From: Candidatus Nanosynbacter sp.
GTDB lineage: Bacteria > Patescibacteriota > Saccharimonadia > Saccharimonadales > Saccharimonadaceae
Assembly (NCBI GenBank): GCA_015257665.1
Contig: JABZJS010000001.1
Location: 155,526 to 219,525 of the forward strand
DNA: 64,000 nucleotides
Direction of reading: 5' to 3'
Position 1 is the first letter of the stretch. The number at the start of each line of letters is the position of its first letter. The notes under the pieces were generated by a model. It worked only from the letters and a program-made list of their open reading frames with translations, made no database searches and was not told the origin of the DNA. Made by a program: the position numbers and the translations under genes. Below, one piece after another: positions 21,344 to 30,655 of this stretch.

Positions 21344-24300
21344 CTATTCTCGCTCTTCTATACGCCGCAGCAGATCTTCCTCAAAGGCGAGAATGCCTTT
21401 GTAGGTGGCTGGGTAGTGGCTGGTGTCGGGTAGCTGGAGGTGAGTAATGCAGTGCCACACGGCGGCGATGAGCTGAGCAAATTCATCCAGCTCGGCCTGA
21501 GAAAAGCTGGTGCTGAGCTGGTGGATAGCGCCCGTGTCCTTGTCTGGCTCGACGAACTGCAGCGTGGCCCCGGCAAAGTCGTAGCGCACATAGTCGCGCG
21601 AGTGGCGCACGAGGAGCTCGTAGAACATCAGCTGCTGGCGGTATTTGTGCAGCTTAATCTTCTCGGCATCGGTGCGACCCTGCCAGCTGCGAGCAGGCTT
21701 ACCCGTCTTGTAGTCTGTAACGGCGATGGTATTGGCAGTGTGGTCAATATCGACAAGGTCAAGCGTGCCAGTAAGGCGAGCATCACCAAGCACGACTCCT
21801 TGGCCGGCAAAGCTTAGCTCGGTCTTTTGCTCGGGACGGAAGGTATGCGCCTCGGCCTGCAAGAAGGCGCTCAGTGAATCAAGCCCTTTGCGGCTAAAGT
21901 ACGCGAAGTCCTCTGGCCCCAGTGGCTGGCGATTAAGCTCTTGCTCAAAGTCGCCGAGGATATCTTCGGCCGGTCGCACCTTGCCAGTGGCAGCAAGATG
22001 GGTGTGAGCACGCTGCAATACGTGGTGGATGGCATTGCCATAGATGGCATGTGGGCTCGGTGCCTGCGGAAAGCGCAGCAAGTAGTTGGTTAAGAAGGTC
22101 GTGGGCCCACCCCGCGACACATCTAAGAAGGCAGTAAGATGGGTACTAGAGAGCTTATACTGCTCGAGCATAGGCTGGAGGAGCTGCTGCAAATCGGGCT
22201 CGGGCGTGCCAACTGGCGCAAGGCGGCGCTGCCAATCGGTGGTGAGCTGGGTGGTGAGGCTTGGCACATCATTGGGCATGTCGACAGTGGTTGCAGTGAG
22301 GTCGACACCGTCGAGGAAGCTGGCCGGTAGTGTTGCTTTGCCAGTATCATCTTGGGTGCTGTAGCTGATAGTCAGGTGATTGCGCGCCCGCGTCATGGCG
22401 ACGAAAAAGAGACGGAGGCGCTCGTCGTACGTGTTACCAGCTGGAGCAATAGCAAGATTATCTGGATACGTGATAAGCGACACTGGCGAGCGCACACGCC
22501 GTCCCCAGGTGCTATCAACAGCGCCCATGATGTAGACATGACCAAACTCTAGCCCCTTGGCCTTGTGCGCCGTCATGAGGTTAATACGGCCGGTATGCGC
22601 CTCGGTGCGCTGGCGGATGGTGGTGATCGGCGTCTTGAACTGCCGGTGCATACCGAGGAGATCGAGCATATCGGCAAGCCGGAGCGTCTCATCATCACCG
22701 CGATACTCCTGGGCGCGGCTGCGCAGAGTCCGCAAGGCCTCAAGACAGGCGAGATATGCATCGGGCTGCTCGGCAAGCCTCTCGCGCGAGAAATAATAAT
22801 CGTACAGTGGTGAGCGGTAACGTACGGTGGGCATAGCAGCGGCCGCCTCGGTAGAGAGGCTAATTGGCTGGTCGAGTTGGGCTATCTGCTGCGTCATGTA
22901 CTCGGTAATCGCACTGGCTATGGCGGCCTGAGTCTTTTGGCTATCGGCTGGCTGCGGGACACCAAGCAAATCATCAAGTACCATCTCAAGCGGTTGATAC
23001 TGCGCCTGCCACGCCATATGGATCAGCCACATCGTTAAGGGTTGGAAGGTGGGGCTCGCCATCATCGCCTCGCCCCACGTTTGGCGGTTGCGCCACGCCC
23101 GGAGGCTGAGCTGCCAAATATCCTGGCTGGCAAAACCAAAGGCCGGGTGCGCCACCAGCTTTGAGAGCAAGCTATCAGCCATAGGAAACTCCCCTGCTGC
23201 TATGGCTTCGACCACCCGCGCGAGCAACTCGAGCACCTGGATGACAGGATTATCAAGAATATTGTCGCGCCGCTCGTAATTGATGGCAATCCCTGCCGTC
23301 TGCAGGTGTGGCACCAGCGCCACCAGCTCGCGGTGACGCCGAGCCAGGACGGCAATCTCCTCGGGCGGCGTGCCACTGTCGATCTGCTGGCGAATCTGCT
23401 GTGCCAGCCATTGGCGCTCGGCTAGGCTGGTGGGCAGCTCGGCGAGGTTGACGGCAGTCTGGGTTGGCTGGTGATGGGCGGTGAGCGTCTTATCGAGCTC
23501 GGGAAGCACCGCCTCTAACCGGTCACCCCCCTGAGTGATAACAGCCCGGGCTGGTGTGAGAATGGCGCGACTCGAGCGGTAGTTATCCGTCAAGGCAATC
23601 AGCCGCACATCGCGGTAATGGCTCCGGAAGCGGTGAATGTTACTGACATCTGCTCCCTGGAAGCTGTAGATTGCTTGGTCATCATCACCGACTGCCATAA
23701 TGTTGGGGCGACCCTCGTGGACCGGACTACTCGTCAGCGAAAAGAGGATGCGCAGCTGCGCGAGGTTGGTATCTTGGAATTCATCCACCATGATGTATTG
23801 GTACTGCTCCTCAAGGTTAGCGCGCAGCTCAGGCTGGGCATCGAGCGCCTGAGCGAGCTGGAGAATCATATCATCGTAGTCATACAGACCAGCCGCACTC
23901 AGCTCGGTAAGATATGCATCATAAACCTCAGCAAGGGCGCGCAGCTTACCGAGGCGCTTGCGATCTTTTAAGACATAATTCCCAGTAGCGTCCTTCTCGC
24001 ACCAGTGGTTGCGCCAGGCGGTCAGTGGCGTGGTCTTGCCACTATCGAGCGTCTCATCGATTGCTCGAGCCAGGCTGAGCGAGAAGCTATCAGCCAGTGG
24101 TGGAATGGTGGGCGGCAACGGCGGCAGTGGCAGCTGAGCTGCCTCGCCCGCCAGCGGGGCGAGCTTGCCGGCCATTGGTTTGCTTATTCGCCCGGCGGCA
24201 AAGACCTCGCTGAGGCGTGGTTCGACAGCTGCCACGAGCGCCTCATCTGCATCGATAACCTGCCGAAGCTCTGCGCTACTCAGGCCAGCCTGCTTGAGCT

Positions 24301-24775
24301 GGCTAATACTGCGGCTAATGTCCTGCAGATAGGTAAACTCACCATTTTGCTTACTACTTAGAGGGCTCTGATGATCGAGCTGGCCAAGGATGCTGCGCAA
24401 AATCTCGTAGCTGCCAAGCTCATCGGTAGGTTTACGTGATGCACCGTGATAAAAATACTCCCGGTGGTGGTTTATCACCTCACTGCCAAAGCTGTGGAAG
24501 GTATGGATAGCGACGCGGTAAGCATCTGCCCCAATGATACTGCGCAGACGCTGCCGCATCGCAGCCGCCCCACTGTCGGTAAAGGTAAGACAGAGAATAT
24601 TCTCGGGCAGTACATCTGTTTGGCGCAGGATGTTGGCGGCGCGCATGCTGAGTAGCTCTGTCTTGCCGGTACCGGGGCCAGCCACAACGAGCAGTGGCCC
24701 ATCAATCGTATCGACAGCGGCGCGCTGCTGGTTATTGAGGTGCGTGTATCGAGTCGAAAATTCGTGTTCAGACAT
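21344..24775 (-). CDS. UvrD/Rep-family helicase fused to a C-terminal PD-(D/E)XK (RecB/Cas4-like) nuclease
   Basis: About 1143 aa; Walker A AGPGTGKTE; UvrD helicase motifs throughout; C-terminal IDHT...VTDYKTGK...YRQQLMFYELL nuclease motifs. Start taken at MSEHEF (24775). Confidence 0.9.
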   Translation of the reverse strand: MSEHEFSTRYTHLNNQQRAAVDTIDGPLLVVAGPGTGKTELLSMRAANILRQTDVLPENILCLTFTDSGAAAMRQRLRSIIGADAYRVAIHTFHSFGSEVINHHREYFYHGASRKPTDELGSYEILRSILGQLDHQSPLSSKQNGEFTYLQDISRSISQLKQAGLSSAELRQVIDADEALVAAVEPRLSEVFAAGRISKPMAGKLAPLAGEAAQLPLPPLPPTIPPLADSFSLSLARAIDETLDSGKTTPLTAWRNHWCEKDATGNYVLKDRKRLGKLRALAEVYDAYLTELSAAGLYDYDDMILQLAQALDAQPELRANLEEQYQYIMVDEFQDTNLAQLRILFSLTSSPVHEGRPNIMAVGDDDQAIYSFQGADVSNIHRFRSHYRDVRLIALTDNYRSSRAILTPARAVITQGGDRLEAVLPELDKTLTAHHQPTQTAVNLAELPTSLAERQWLAQQIRQQIDSGTPPEEIAVLARRHRELVALVPHLQTAGIAINYERRDNILDNPVIQVLELLARVVEAIAAGEFPMADSLLSKLVAHPAFGFASQDIWQLSLRAWRNRQTWGEAMMASPTFQPLTMWLIHMAWQAQYQPLEMVLDDLLGVPQPADSQKTQAAIASAITEYMTQQIAQLDQPISLSTEAAAAMPTVRYRSPLYDYYFSRERLAEQPDAYLACLEALRTLRSRAQEYRGDDETLRLADMLDLLGMHRQFKTPITTIRQRTEAHTGRINLMTAHKAKGLEFGHVYIMGAVDSTWGRRVRSPVSLITYPDNLAIAPAGNTYDERLRLFFVAMTRARNHLTISYSTQDDTGKATLPASFLDGVDLTATTVDMPNDVPSLTTQLTTDWQRRLAPVGTPEPDLQQLLQPMLEQYKLSSTHLTAFLDVSRGGPTTFLTNYLLRFPQAPSPHAIYGNAIHHVLQRAHTHLAATGKVRPAEDILGDFEQELNRQPLGPEDFAYFSRKGLDSLSAFLQAEAHTFRPEQKTELSFAGQGVVLGDARLTGTLDLVDIDHTANTIAVTDYKTGKPARSWQGRTDAEKIKLHKYRQQLMFYELLVRHSRDYVRYDFAGATLQFVEPDKDTGAIHQLSTSFSQAELDEFAQLIAAVWHCITHLQLPDTSHYPATYKGILAFEEDLLRRIEERE

Positions 24776-24844
24776 GTCTCCATTATCGCACACTCACCGC
24801 CTCGACTCTAGCGGCCAGGCCGAGATTCCGGTATAATATCCATC

Positions 24845-25336
24845 ATGGACTTTGGTAACCACATGGATGTCGCATATGTGCAAAAGGCTCTCGCCGCGCG
24901 CTTTGGCGTGCAGCTAGTGATCGACCGCGTGGTGGCGCGCAATATTGCCGCAGGGCTTGCCGCCAAGGCGTCGGTGTTTTTTGCGACAGACGGCCAGCTC
25001 TATTGCTTGGTTTATGGGCCATCGCGCCTTCTGCTTGGCGATATCAAGAAGATCGCTGTGCGAATTGGCCTGCGCGCTGAGACATTCTTCCCGCCACGGG
25101 GTCAGCCAGAGTATTTTGACGAATTTGGCCGGCAAAAATTTCGCGAAATATTTCCCGGATTTGGGCGCATCACCGATCGCGACATTATGTACTATCGCAC
25201 TCTTGCACCGTACAACCCAGCTCTCATTCTCGTTGATGAGGTGAAGGACGGCCACATCTACCAAGCAGACAGCGACGCGCGCAGTGGCTGGCGGGTTGCC
25301 GCGAAGTGTCAGTATCATCGAGGAGGAATGAACTAA
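24845..25336 (+). CDS. Hypothetical protein
   Basis: 163-aa ORF, no recognisable motif. Confidence 0.45.
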   Translation: MDFGNHMDVAYVQKALAARFGVQLVIDRVVARNIAAGLAAKASVFFATDGQLYCLVYGPSRLLLGDIKKIAVRIGLRAETFFPPRGQPEYFDEFGRQKFREIFPGFGRITDRDIMYYRTLAPYNPALILVDEVKDGHIYQADSDARSGWRVAAKCQYHRGGMN

Positions 25337-25339
25337 CCT

Positions 25340-27661
25340 ATGAAGGATTATCTGGTCATCATCCGGCGCAACTTTGCCTCGCCCATCGTGCTGGCGATTT
25401 TGCTCCTTGCTATGGCGCTGGTCTATGTGCGGGAGTATCGCGATGCCTGGTTTATATCATTCGTCATTATGGTCAATTCGCTGATTGGTGCCGTGCAGGA
25501 GGTTCGGGCTAAGCGCGCTCTGCGCAAGCTCGAGCTCATGAGCGCCCCACGCGCCCGCGTTGTCCAGGCCGATGGTACCGTAATCGAGGTGCTTTACGAT
25601 GCACTGCAGGTTGGCGATACTCTCGCACTACACACTGGCGATGAGCTACCCGCCGACGGTGTCGTGCTTGACGCAAAAGGCCTCGAAGTGAACGAGAGCA
25701 TGCTCACGGGTGAATCTGCCGCGGTTGACAAAGCACCCGGTGATACCATCTATGCAGCCACAACAGTAGTAGCGGGTACAGCCCACGCTCGCGTCACGGC
25801 AGTTGGTAGCGCCACCAAGGCTGGTGCAATCAGTACCGTACTTAAGCAGTATGCACCGCAGCCCACGCCGCTCCAGCGGGCTATCCAGCGGGCTATTACC
25901 GTCTTAACCTATGGCGCAGTCGTGCTAGCGCTGCTTATCTTCGCGCGCTACCATATTGCGGGGCTGCAGGCGGTCAGTATCCTCAAGACGATTATTACCG
26001 CAGCGATCACAGTTGTGCCAGAAGGGCTGCTCCTGGCGAGCTCGCTCCTGCTTGCCTTTGGCTCGCTGCGCCTGGCTCAGGCTAAGGTTTTACCTCAAAA
26101 GCTCTCGGCGATTGAGGCAATGGCGCTACTTGGTGTGCTCTGCGTGGATAAGACGGGTACCTTGACAAGTGATGATGTTATCTTCGAGCAGGCTGCGTCG
26201 TTCGACACATCGGCTAATGACGAGGTGGTCGCTCAGTACGCTGCCCTGGTTGCGCACGAAACCAGTGGTGGCAACGCGACTGGCCAGGCAATTCTTGCTT
26301 CGCACCAGGCACCCGCCGCCCACGTTCAAGAGGTGATGGCGTTCTCATCGAGCCGGAAAATGGCAGGGGTGCGGGCCGAGATTGATGGCTCAGTGCAGAC
26401 GCTGATGCTAGGCGCACCAGAGTTTGTGGCGCGGCTCGCCCCGCTCTCACCAGCCCAGCAAGCGCAAATCGACGCCTGGGCAAATGATGGCCTGCGTGTC
26501 CTCCTGCTCGCCCGCTTTGCCGACAGTAGCGTGCCACTCAAGCAGCTCACCGCTGGCTCGGGCCAGCCGCTGGGGGCGATTGTCCTGCGCAACAGTCTGC
26601 GCCATGGCGTGGTCGATACCGTACGATTTTTGCAGGGCCAAGGAGTGACAATTCGCGTTATTAGTGGAGATAACCCGCGGACGGTCAGCTATATCGCCAA
26701 GGCAGCGGGGATCCATCGGCCTGAGGCAGCTATCACCGGGGCGGAGCTTGCCCAGCTCGATGATGCAGCCTTTGCCCAGGCGGCCGATACGCACACAATC
26801 TTTGCTCGCGTCTTACCCGAGCAAAAGGAGCGGCTCATTGCACACTTCTCAGAGCAAGGGCGGTTTACTGGCATGGTGGGCGATGGCGTCAATGATGCCT
26901 TGGCGCTCAAGCGAGCCGACCTTGGCGTCGCGATGTATGCTGGTGCACCAGCCAGCCGGCGTGTTGCCGATATCATCTTGCTCAACAACTCCTTCACCTC
27001 GCTACCCCTGGGGATGGAGCTAGGTAATCGCATCATGCAGGCCATTGAGCTCATTGGCGTGCTCTTCTTCCATAAGATTATCTATGGTGTCGTACTGCTC
27101 GCCATTACCCTCACCCTCGGCATTATGTACCCATATGCGCCGCGCCATCTTACCTTCATGAATATTTTCCTCGTGACAATGCCGACCATTATGTGGACGC
27201 TCTTCCCGCCCTCACCGCGACACCGGATTGACCCCCGGCGCTTCTGGCACGATACCCTGCTGGCAGTGGCACCAATTGCAGTGCTCACGGGAGTAACGGT
27301 CGCTAGTGTGTATTGGCTTGGTCGCACACTCTATCCAGATCGCCTTGGCGAAGTAGCAACAATGACAGTGCTGGTAGCGACCTTCTACGGCGTATATCTG
27401 GTATTTTTGGCTGGCCGCATGCTTGGCATCCAGCTCGATAAGCGGGCTCACCTTGCCCGCACACTCTACATGCTCGCAGTATTACTCGTGACAGTGGTGA
27501 GCTTTGGCATCATTCCACTTCGCCAATTCTTTGACTTCACCCCGCCAAATCTGCTCCTCCTCTGGCCCAGCATTGCCATTATTATTCCAGTAACCATCCT
27601 GCAATGGTGGTGGGCGTGGCGTGTGAGCCAGCGCTTTGTGGCGGCGTCTTGTGCTGAGTAG
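25340..27661 (+). CDS. P-type cation-transporting ATPase
   Basis: 773 aa; phosphorylation motif CVDKTGTLT, hinge GDGVNDALAL, multiple TM segments. Confidence 0.9.
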   Translation: MKDYLVIIRRNFASPIVLAILLLAMALVYVREYRDAWFISFVIMVNSLIGAVQEVRAKRALRKLELMSAPRARVVQADGTVIEVLYDALQVGDTLALHTGDELPADGVVLDAKGLEVNESMLTGESAAVDKAPGDTIYAATTVVAGTAHARVTAVGSATKAGAISTVLKQYAPQPTPLQRAIQRAITVLTYGAVVLALLIFARYHIAGLQAVSILKTIITAAITVVPEGLLLASSLLLAFGSLRLAQAKVLPQKLSAIEAMALLGVLCVDKTGTLTSDDVIFEQAASFDTSANDEVVAQYAALVAHETSGGNATGQAILASHQAPAAHVQEVMAFSSSRKMAGVRAEIDGSVQTLMLGAPEFVARLAPLSPAQQAQIDAWANDGLRVLLLARFADSSVPLKQLTAGSGQPLGAIVLRNSLRHGVVDTVRFLQGQGVTIRVISGDNPRTVSYIAKAAGIHRPEAAITGAELAQLDDAAFAQAADTHTIFARVLPEQKERLIAHFSEQGRFTGMVGDGVNDALALKRADLGVAMYAGAPASRRVADIILLNNSFTSLPLGMELGNRIMQAIELIGVLFFHKIIYGVVLLAITLTLGIMYPYAPRHLTFMNIFLVTMPTIMWTLFPPSPRHRIDPRRFWHDTLLAVAPIAVLTGVTVASVYWLGRTLYPDRLGEVATMTVLVATFYGVYLVFLAGRMLGIQLDKRAHLARTLYMLAVLLVTVVSFGIIPLRQFFDFTPPNLLLLWPSIAIIIPVTILQWWWAWRVSQRFVAASCAE

Positions 27662-27739
27662 TTAGTGCGATGCGCTTGCATTAACGGGCTTCTTATAGTA
27701 TTTTTAGAATTATTACAGTGAACTAACTCCCAGAAAGGG

Positions 27740-28015
27740 ATGTATGTTATGTCAGACAATGCAGATAGATCAGTCTACGATAAGGTCATACGCGCTATGC
27801 TGGATGAGCCTGTGACGCTTGTGCTAACGAATGAAGAAGTTAGTAAGCTGATGTTGTTCATCAGTGAGCTGACACTTGGCCCCTATTCGCCCACTGAGGA
27901 AGAGTGGAAACAGATGGAAAATGTGCATGGTCTTTCCTCTGCTGATTATTACTTAAATATTTCCAAGAAGCTGGGAAGGTATCTGGACAATACTACTTCT
28001 CCTAGCGATAAATAA
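27740..28015 (+). CDS. Small hypothetical protein (paralog of 28244-28495)
   Basis: 91 aa; shared motif ELTLGPYSPTEEEW vs ELTMGDYAPDIKGW; AT-rich island. Confidence 0.45.
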   Translation: MYVMSDNADRSVYDKVIRAMLDEPVTLVLTNEEVSKLMLFISELTLGPYSPTEEEWKQMENVHGLSSADYYLNISKKLGRYLDNTTSPSDK

Positions 28016-28024
28016 AGAATACCC

Positions 28025-28112
28025 TAAAGAATAGTATAGAAGCATCATCCCAGCCATAAGGGGCGCACAGATAGACTACACCTGTATAATGAGTGTATCT
28101 ATTCTTATATAT
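28025..28112. repeat. Direct repeat copy A (~80 % identical to 30508-30598); degraded 5' fragment of a membrane-protein paralog
   Basis: agcatcatcccagccataag...cctgtataatgagtgta matches the 5' end of gene 30130-30588 but with the ATG lost and an early stop. Confidence 0.7.
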
Positions 28113-28243
28113 CCTTGCTGGAGATACGGAATGGGTTGGGGTAAAACGACGCCTTAAATCAACCAGTTTCTAGCAATGATACTTGATTTTAAATACAACT
28201 CGAGATATGTTTGATATAGCATTAATACCACAAAGGAGTTTAT

Positions 28244-28495
28244 ATGTCATCCACTGACCCAACATCGAGTTCAGGCAAAAAATACGACTACGACAAGCCA
28301 GTCACCATCACCTTTACCGCGAAAGAATGGTTTGATCTCACTGGGGCAATCGATGAGCTTACGATGGGCGACTATGCACCTGACATAAAAGGATGGGAAT
28401 GGCTGCAAGAGGTAATGGGCGTCGCTGATCGACAGACAATCAACAACTTGAGCGATAGGATCACTTACGCATGCCACAAAGAGCTCAATAGCTGA
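28244..28495 (+). CDS. Small hypothetical protein (paralog of 27740-28015)
   Basis: 83 aa; strong RBS AAAGGAG; paralogous motif. Confidence 0.5.
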   Translation: MSSTDPTSSSGKKYDYDKPVTITFTAKEWFDLTGAIDELTMGDYAPDIKGWEWLQEVMGVADRQTINNLSDRITYACHKELNS

Positions 28496-28526
28496 TTAGG
28501 ACACAATGCAAAGACGGTGATTCTCC

Positions 28527-28859
28527 TTGAATGCCAATTCTTCTGACGGTCAAGCAAATCCTTCTCCAGACAATGCGAAGGAAGAGATGCCAGATCGCTA
28601 CATTCCAGACAATCTCGATGAAATTATGCAGAGAGTCTACGAGCATGGCGTCGTTCAGAGAAGACATCACATCCAACAGGGCATGAGCGAGCAAGAATAT
28701 CTTCAAGCAACAAGAGACACTATTACCTCACCTTCTATCATAGTCGAAGCTAATCAGCACGGCGGCCCCACGCGGATATACGGTCGTAAGTTCGGGAATA
28801 CTGAACAGGTTGTCGTAGTCCCCAATATAGAGGGTGAGGCGGGAGCCGATCGAGATTAG
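28527..28859 (+). CDS. Hypothetical protein
   Basis: 110-aa ORF (TTG start, or an internal ATG at EEMPDRY); AT-rich island. Confidence 0.4.
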   Translation: MNANSSDGQANPSPDNAKEEMPDRYIPDNLDEIMQRVYEHGVVQRRHHIQQGMSEQEYLQATRDTITSPSIIVEANQHGGPTRIYGRKFGNTEQVVVVPNIEGEAGADRD

Positions 28860-28871
28860 AATGCTACACCC

Positions 28872-29390
28872 CTACGATGCACCATCATACCCGTACGCAA
28901 ACGCCCCTGTCGAAGGCGACAAGCAGAATATATCACCGTGTGACTCTGGGCGGTAGCAAGCAACACACTGACTTCCCTCTCCTGTTGCTGCGCGAAGAAT
29001 GTTGCGCGAGTCGGGTGATGAATTTTGCTCGATACTAAGCAGCGGCGATGTTTTGCCATACTCACTATACGGCTGCCACGACGAGCAGCCACCAGAGCAA
29101 TCGGCAAAAGGCTGAGCTTGGAGCAGCTTCTGGCGTGTCTTCGTGTCTGTGACGTAGCCAAGTACTGTGCCGCTTGGGCTTTCGCGGCTGAGCTGAGGCG
29201 ACCCTTTGCTATATTTGACATCGAGCGATTGCGTATATTCGCGAGAAAAGCGCTGCTTAAGGGTCTCAGTTGCATTAACCCGTGCGAACGGTGCATCCAA
29301 AAGCAGATAAGGAAGGCCGTATGTAATAGTGCCGTACGCCATAAGGAGAACCCCAACGATAATAATCTTTCTTCGAGTAGAGTGTCGCAT
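28872..29390 (-). CDS. Secreted or membrane-anchored hypothetical protein
   Basis: 172 aa; N-terminal signal/TM IIIVGVLLMAYGTITYGLPYLLL; Cys-containing C-terminal region. Confidence 0.5.
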   Translation of the reverse strand: MRHSTRRKIIIVGVLLMAYGTITYGLPYLLLDAPFARVNATETLKQRFSREYTQSLDVKYSKGSPQLSRESPSGTVLGYVTDTKTRQKLLQAQPFADCSGGCSSWQPYSEYGKTSPLLSIEQNSSPDSRNILRAATGEGSQCVACYRPESHGDIFCLSPSTGAFAYGYDGAS

Positions 29391-29584
29391 AAAATTTATT
29401 ATAACCTATTAACATACAGGTGTCTAATCCAACACTGTCATTTCTATTCTTGGCCCGCGATGTAAGGTAATAATTGCGTAATAAGATAATTCAAAGGTGT
29501 GCTCACTATCGACAGAAAAACACCAAATGCTCCTACAGGGCGAACATGACAAGCAGCAAGGCGAGTCAGAGGTTCGCGCGGGTG

Positions 29585-29995
29585 CTAGCCCGCAGTTTCC
29601 TCCTCTCTAGGCTCAGGGTTTTCGAAGAAGACGAAAACGTCAAACATCTTCAGATCTTCAGCGTGTGGCGTGCCATATGTATTATCGATGCCCATATAGA
29701 CATCAGTGACACGTGGATCAACACGCTGGAGTGCACGGCGTAGCTCGTATGTGCAAACAATGCTATTCTTAAAGTCCCTCAGATCCTCGAAGACACTAAG
29801 ACAAAGAACATTGCCGTACAGCCGATTGTTGTCGACACTCATCATCTTCTCGATGAATTTAGACACAATAAGCGGAACCTCATGATTTGCAAATTGTGCA
29901 ATCTTCATCGCTCGACGTTGCTGCAATACCAGCTCGTAGTTATGCTCAGCGAGCTGGTGCTCGCGGACAGCTTCGGCTGGAATGAGATCAGCCAT
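29585..29995 (-). CDS. Acidic cytoplasmic hypothetical protein
   Basis: Start reassigned to MADLIPAEAV (RBS GGAGGG 6 nt upstream) because the longer ORF would overlap its own promoter. Confidence 0.5.
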   Translation of the reverse strand: MADLIPAEAVREHQLAEHNYELVLQQRRAMKIAQFANHEVPLIVSKFIEKMMSVDNNRLYGNVLCLSVFEDLRDFKNSIVCTYELRRALQRVDPRVTDVYMGIDNTYGTPHAEDLKMFDVFVFFENPEPREEETAG

Positions 29996-30053
29996 TATAA
30001 CCCTCCTGCTTGTCATGGAAGCTTCTGAGCAGGATAACTCAAAAGCTAATATA

Positions 30054-30082
30054 TATATATCAATATATGGCGAGTGTGTCAA
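30054..30082 (-). promoter_or_regulatory. Near-consensus sigma70 promoter cassette, copy 2
   Basis: Minus-strand TTGACAcactcgccatatattgaTATATA. Confidence 0.5.
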
Positions 30083-30129
30083 TAAGATAAACGTTCTCTC
30101 ATTTCCTCATGACCCTTGGCGATTGAGAC

Positions 30130-30588
30130 CTATAACAATGTAAGCAAAAGAGCAGCCGATACAGTATAGAGGAGAGTGTATGTGATATGGAGTGGCATAT
30201 TCCATGCAAGGTATGTTTTTACGGTCTTCTCATCATCTAATCGCTGCCCACCATTAATAAAAAATTCCGCCTTGGCAAAGCCAGTTACCACATGAGTGGT
30301 AAGCATAAGAAATGGAACAGCCGCTGCGACCACGAGTGGAGCTGGCCCTCTCGTATGGTTGGTAGCGAGAGAAACTATCGACACTATTGCGTGGCCAACC
30401 AATACAGCTGTGTGGTAGATCTGCACTCGAGTATTATTATGAAACAGTGCCCAATTTTGAGATGCGCCAGGTATCTTGTGTTTTAAAATATAATCAAAAT
30501 AGCGTCCTAAAGTAATAGTATACATAAGCATCATCCCAGCCATAAGAGCTGTATAGATAACTTGCACTTGTATAATGAGTGTGCCCAT
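30130..30588 (-). CDS. Membrane protein (4 TM helices)
   Basis: 152-aa hydrophobic ORF; its 5' end lies in direct-repeat copy B. Confidence 0.55.
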   Translation of the reverse strand: MGTLIIQVQVIYTALMAGMMLMYTITLGRYFDYILKHKIPGASQNWALFHNNTRVQIYHTAVLVGHAIVSIVSLATNHTRGPAPLVVAAAVPFLMLTTHVVTGFAKAEFFINGGQRLDDEKTVKTYLAWNMPLHITYTLLYTVSAALLLTLL

Positions 30589-30598
30589 CTTTGTATTT
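30508..30598. repeat. Direct repeat copy B (intact gene 5' end)
   Basis: Aligns with 28025-28112. Confidence 0.7.
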
Positions 30599-30655
30599 CC
30601 TTTCTCAATGTCTGAATCGTGAAGAATCGCTTTTTACAAGTGCGATATAAAGCCA

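Noticed and set aside
30016-30082. Upstream extension of ORF 29585-30082 (MTHSPYIDIYI...)
   Set aside because: The extension would overlap its own promoter (-35/-10 at 30054-30082). The ATG at 29995 has a GGAGGG RBS.
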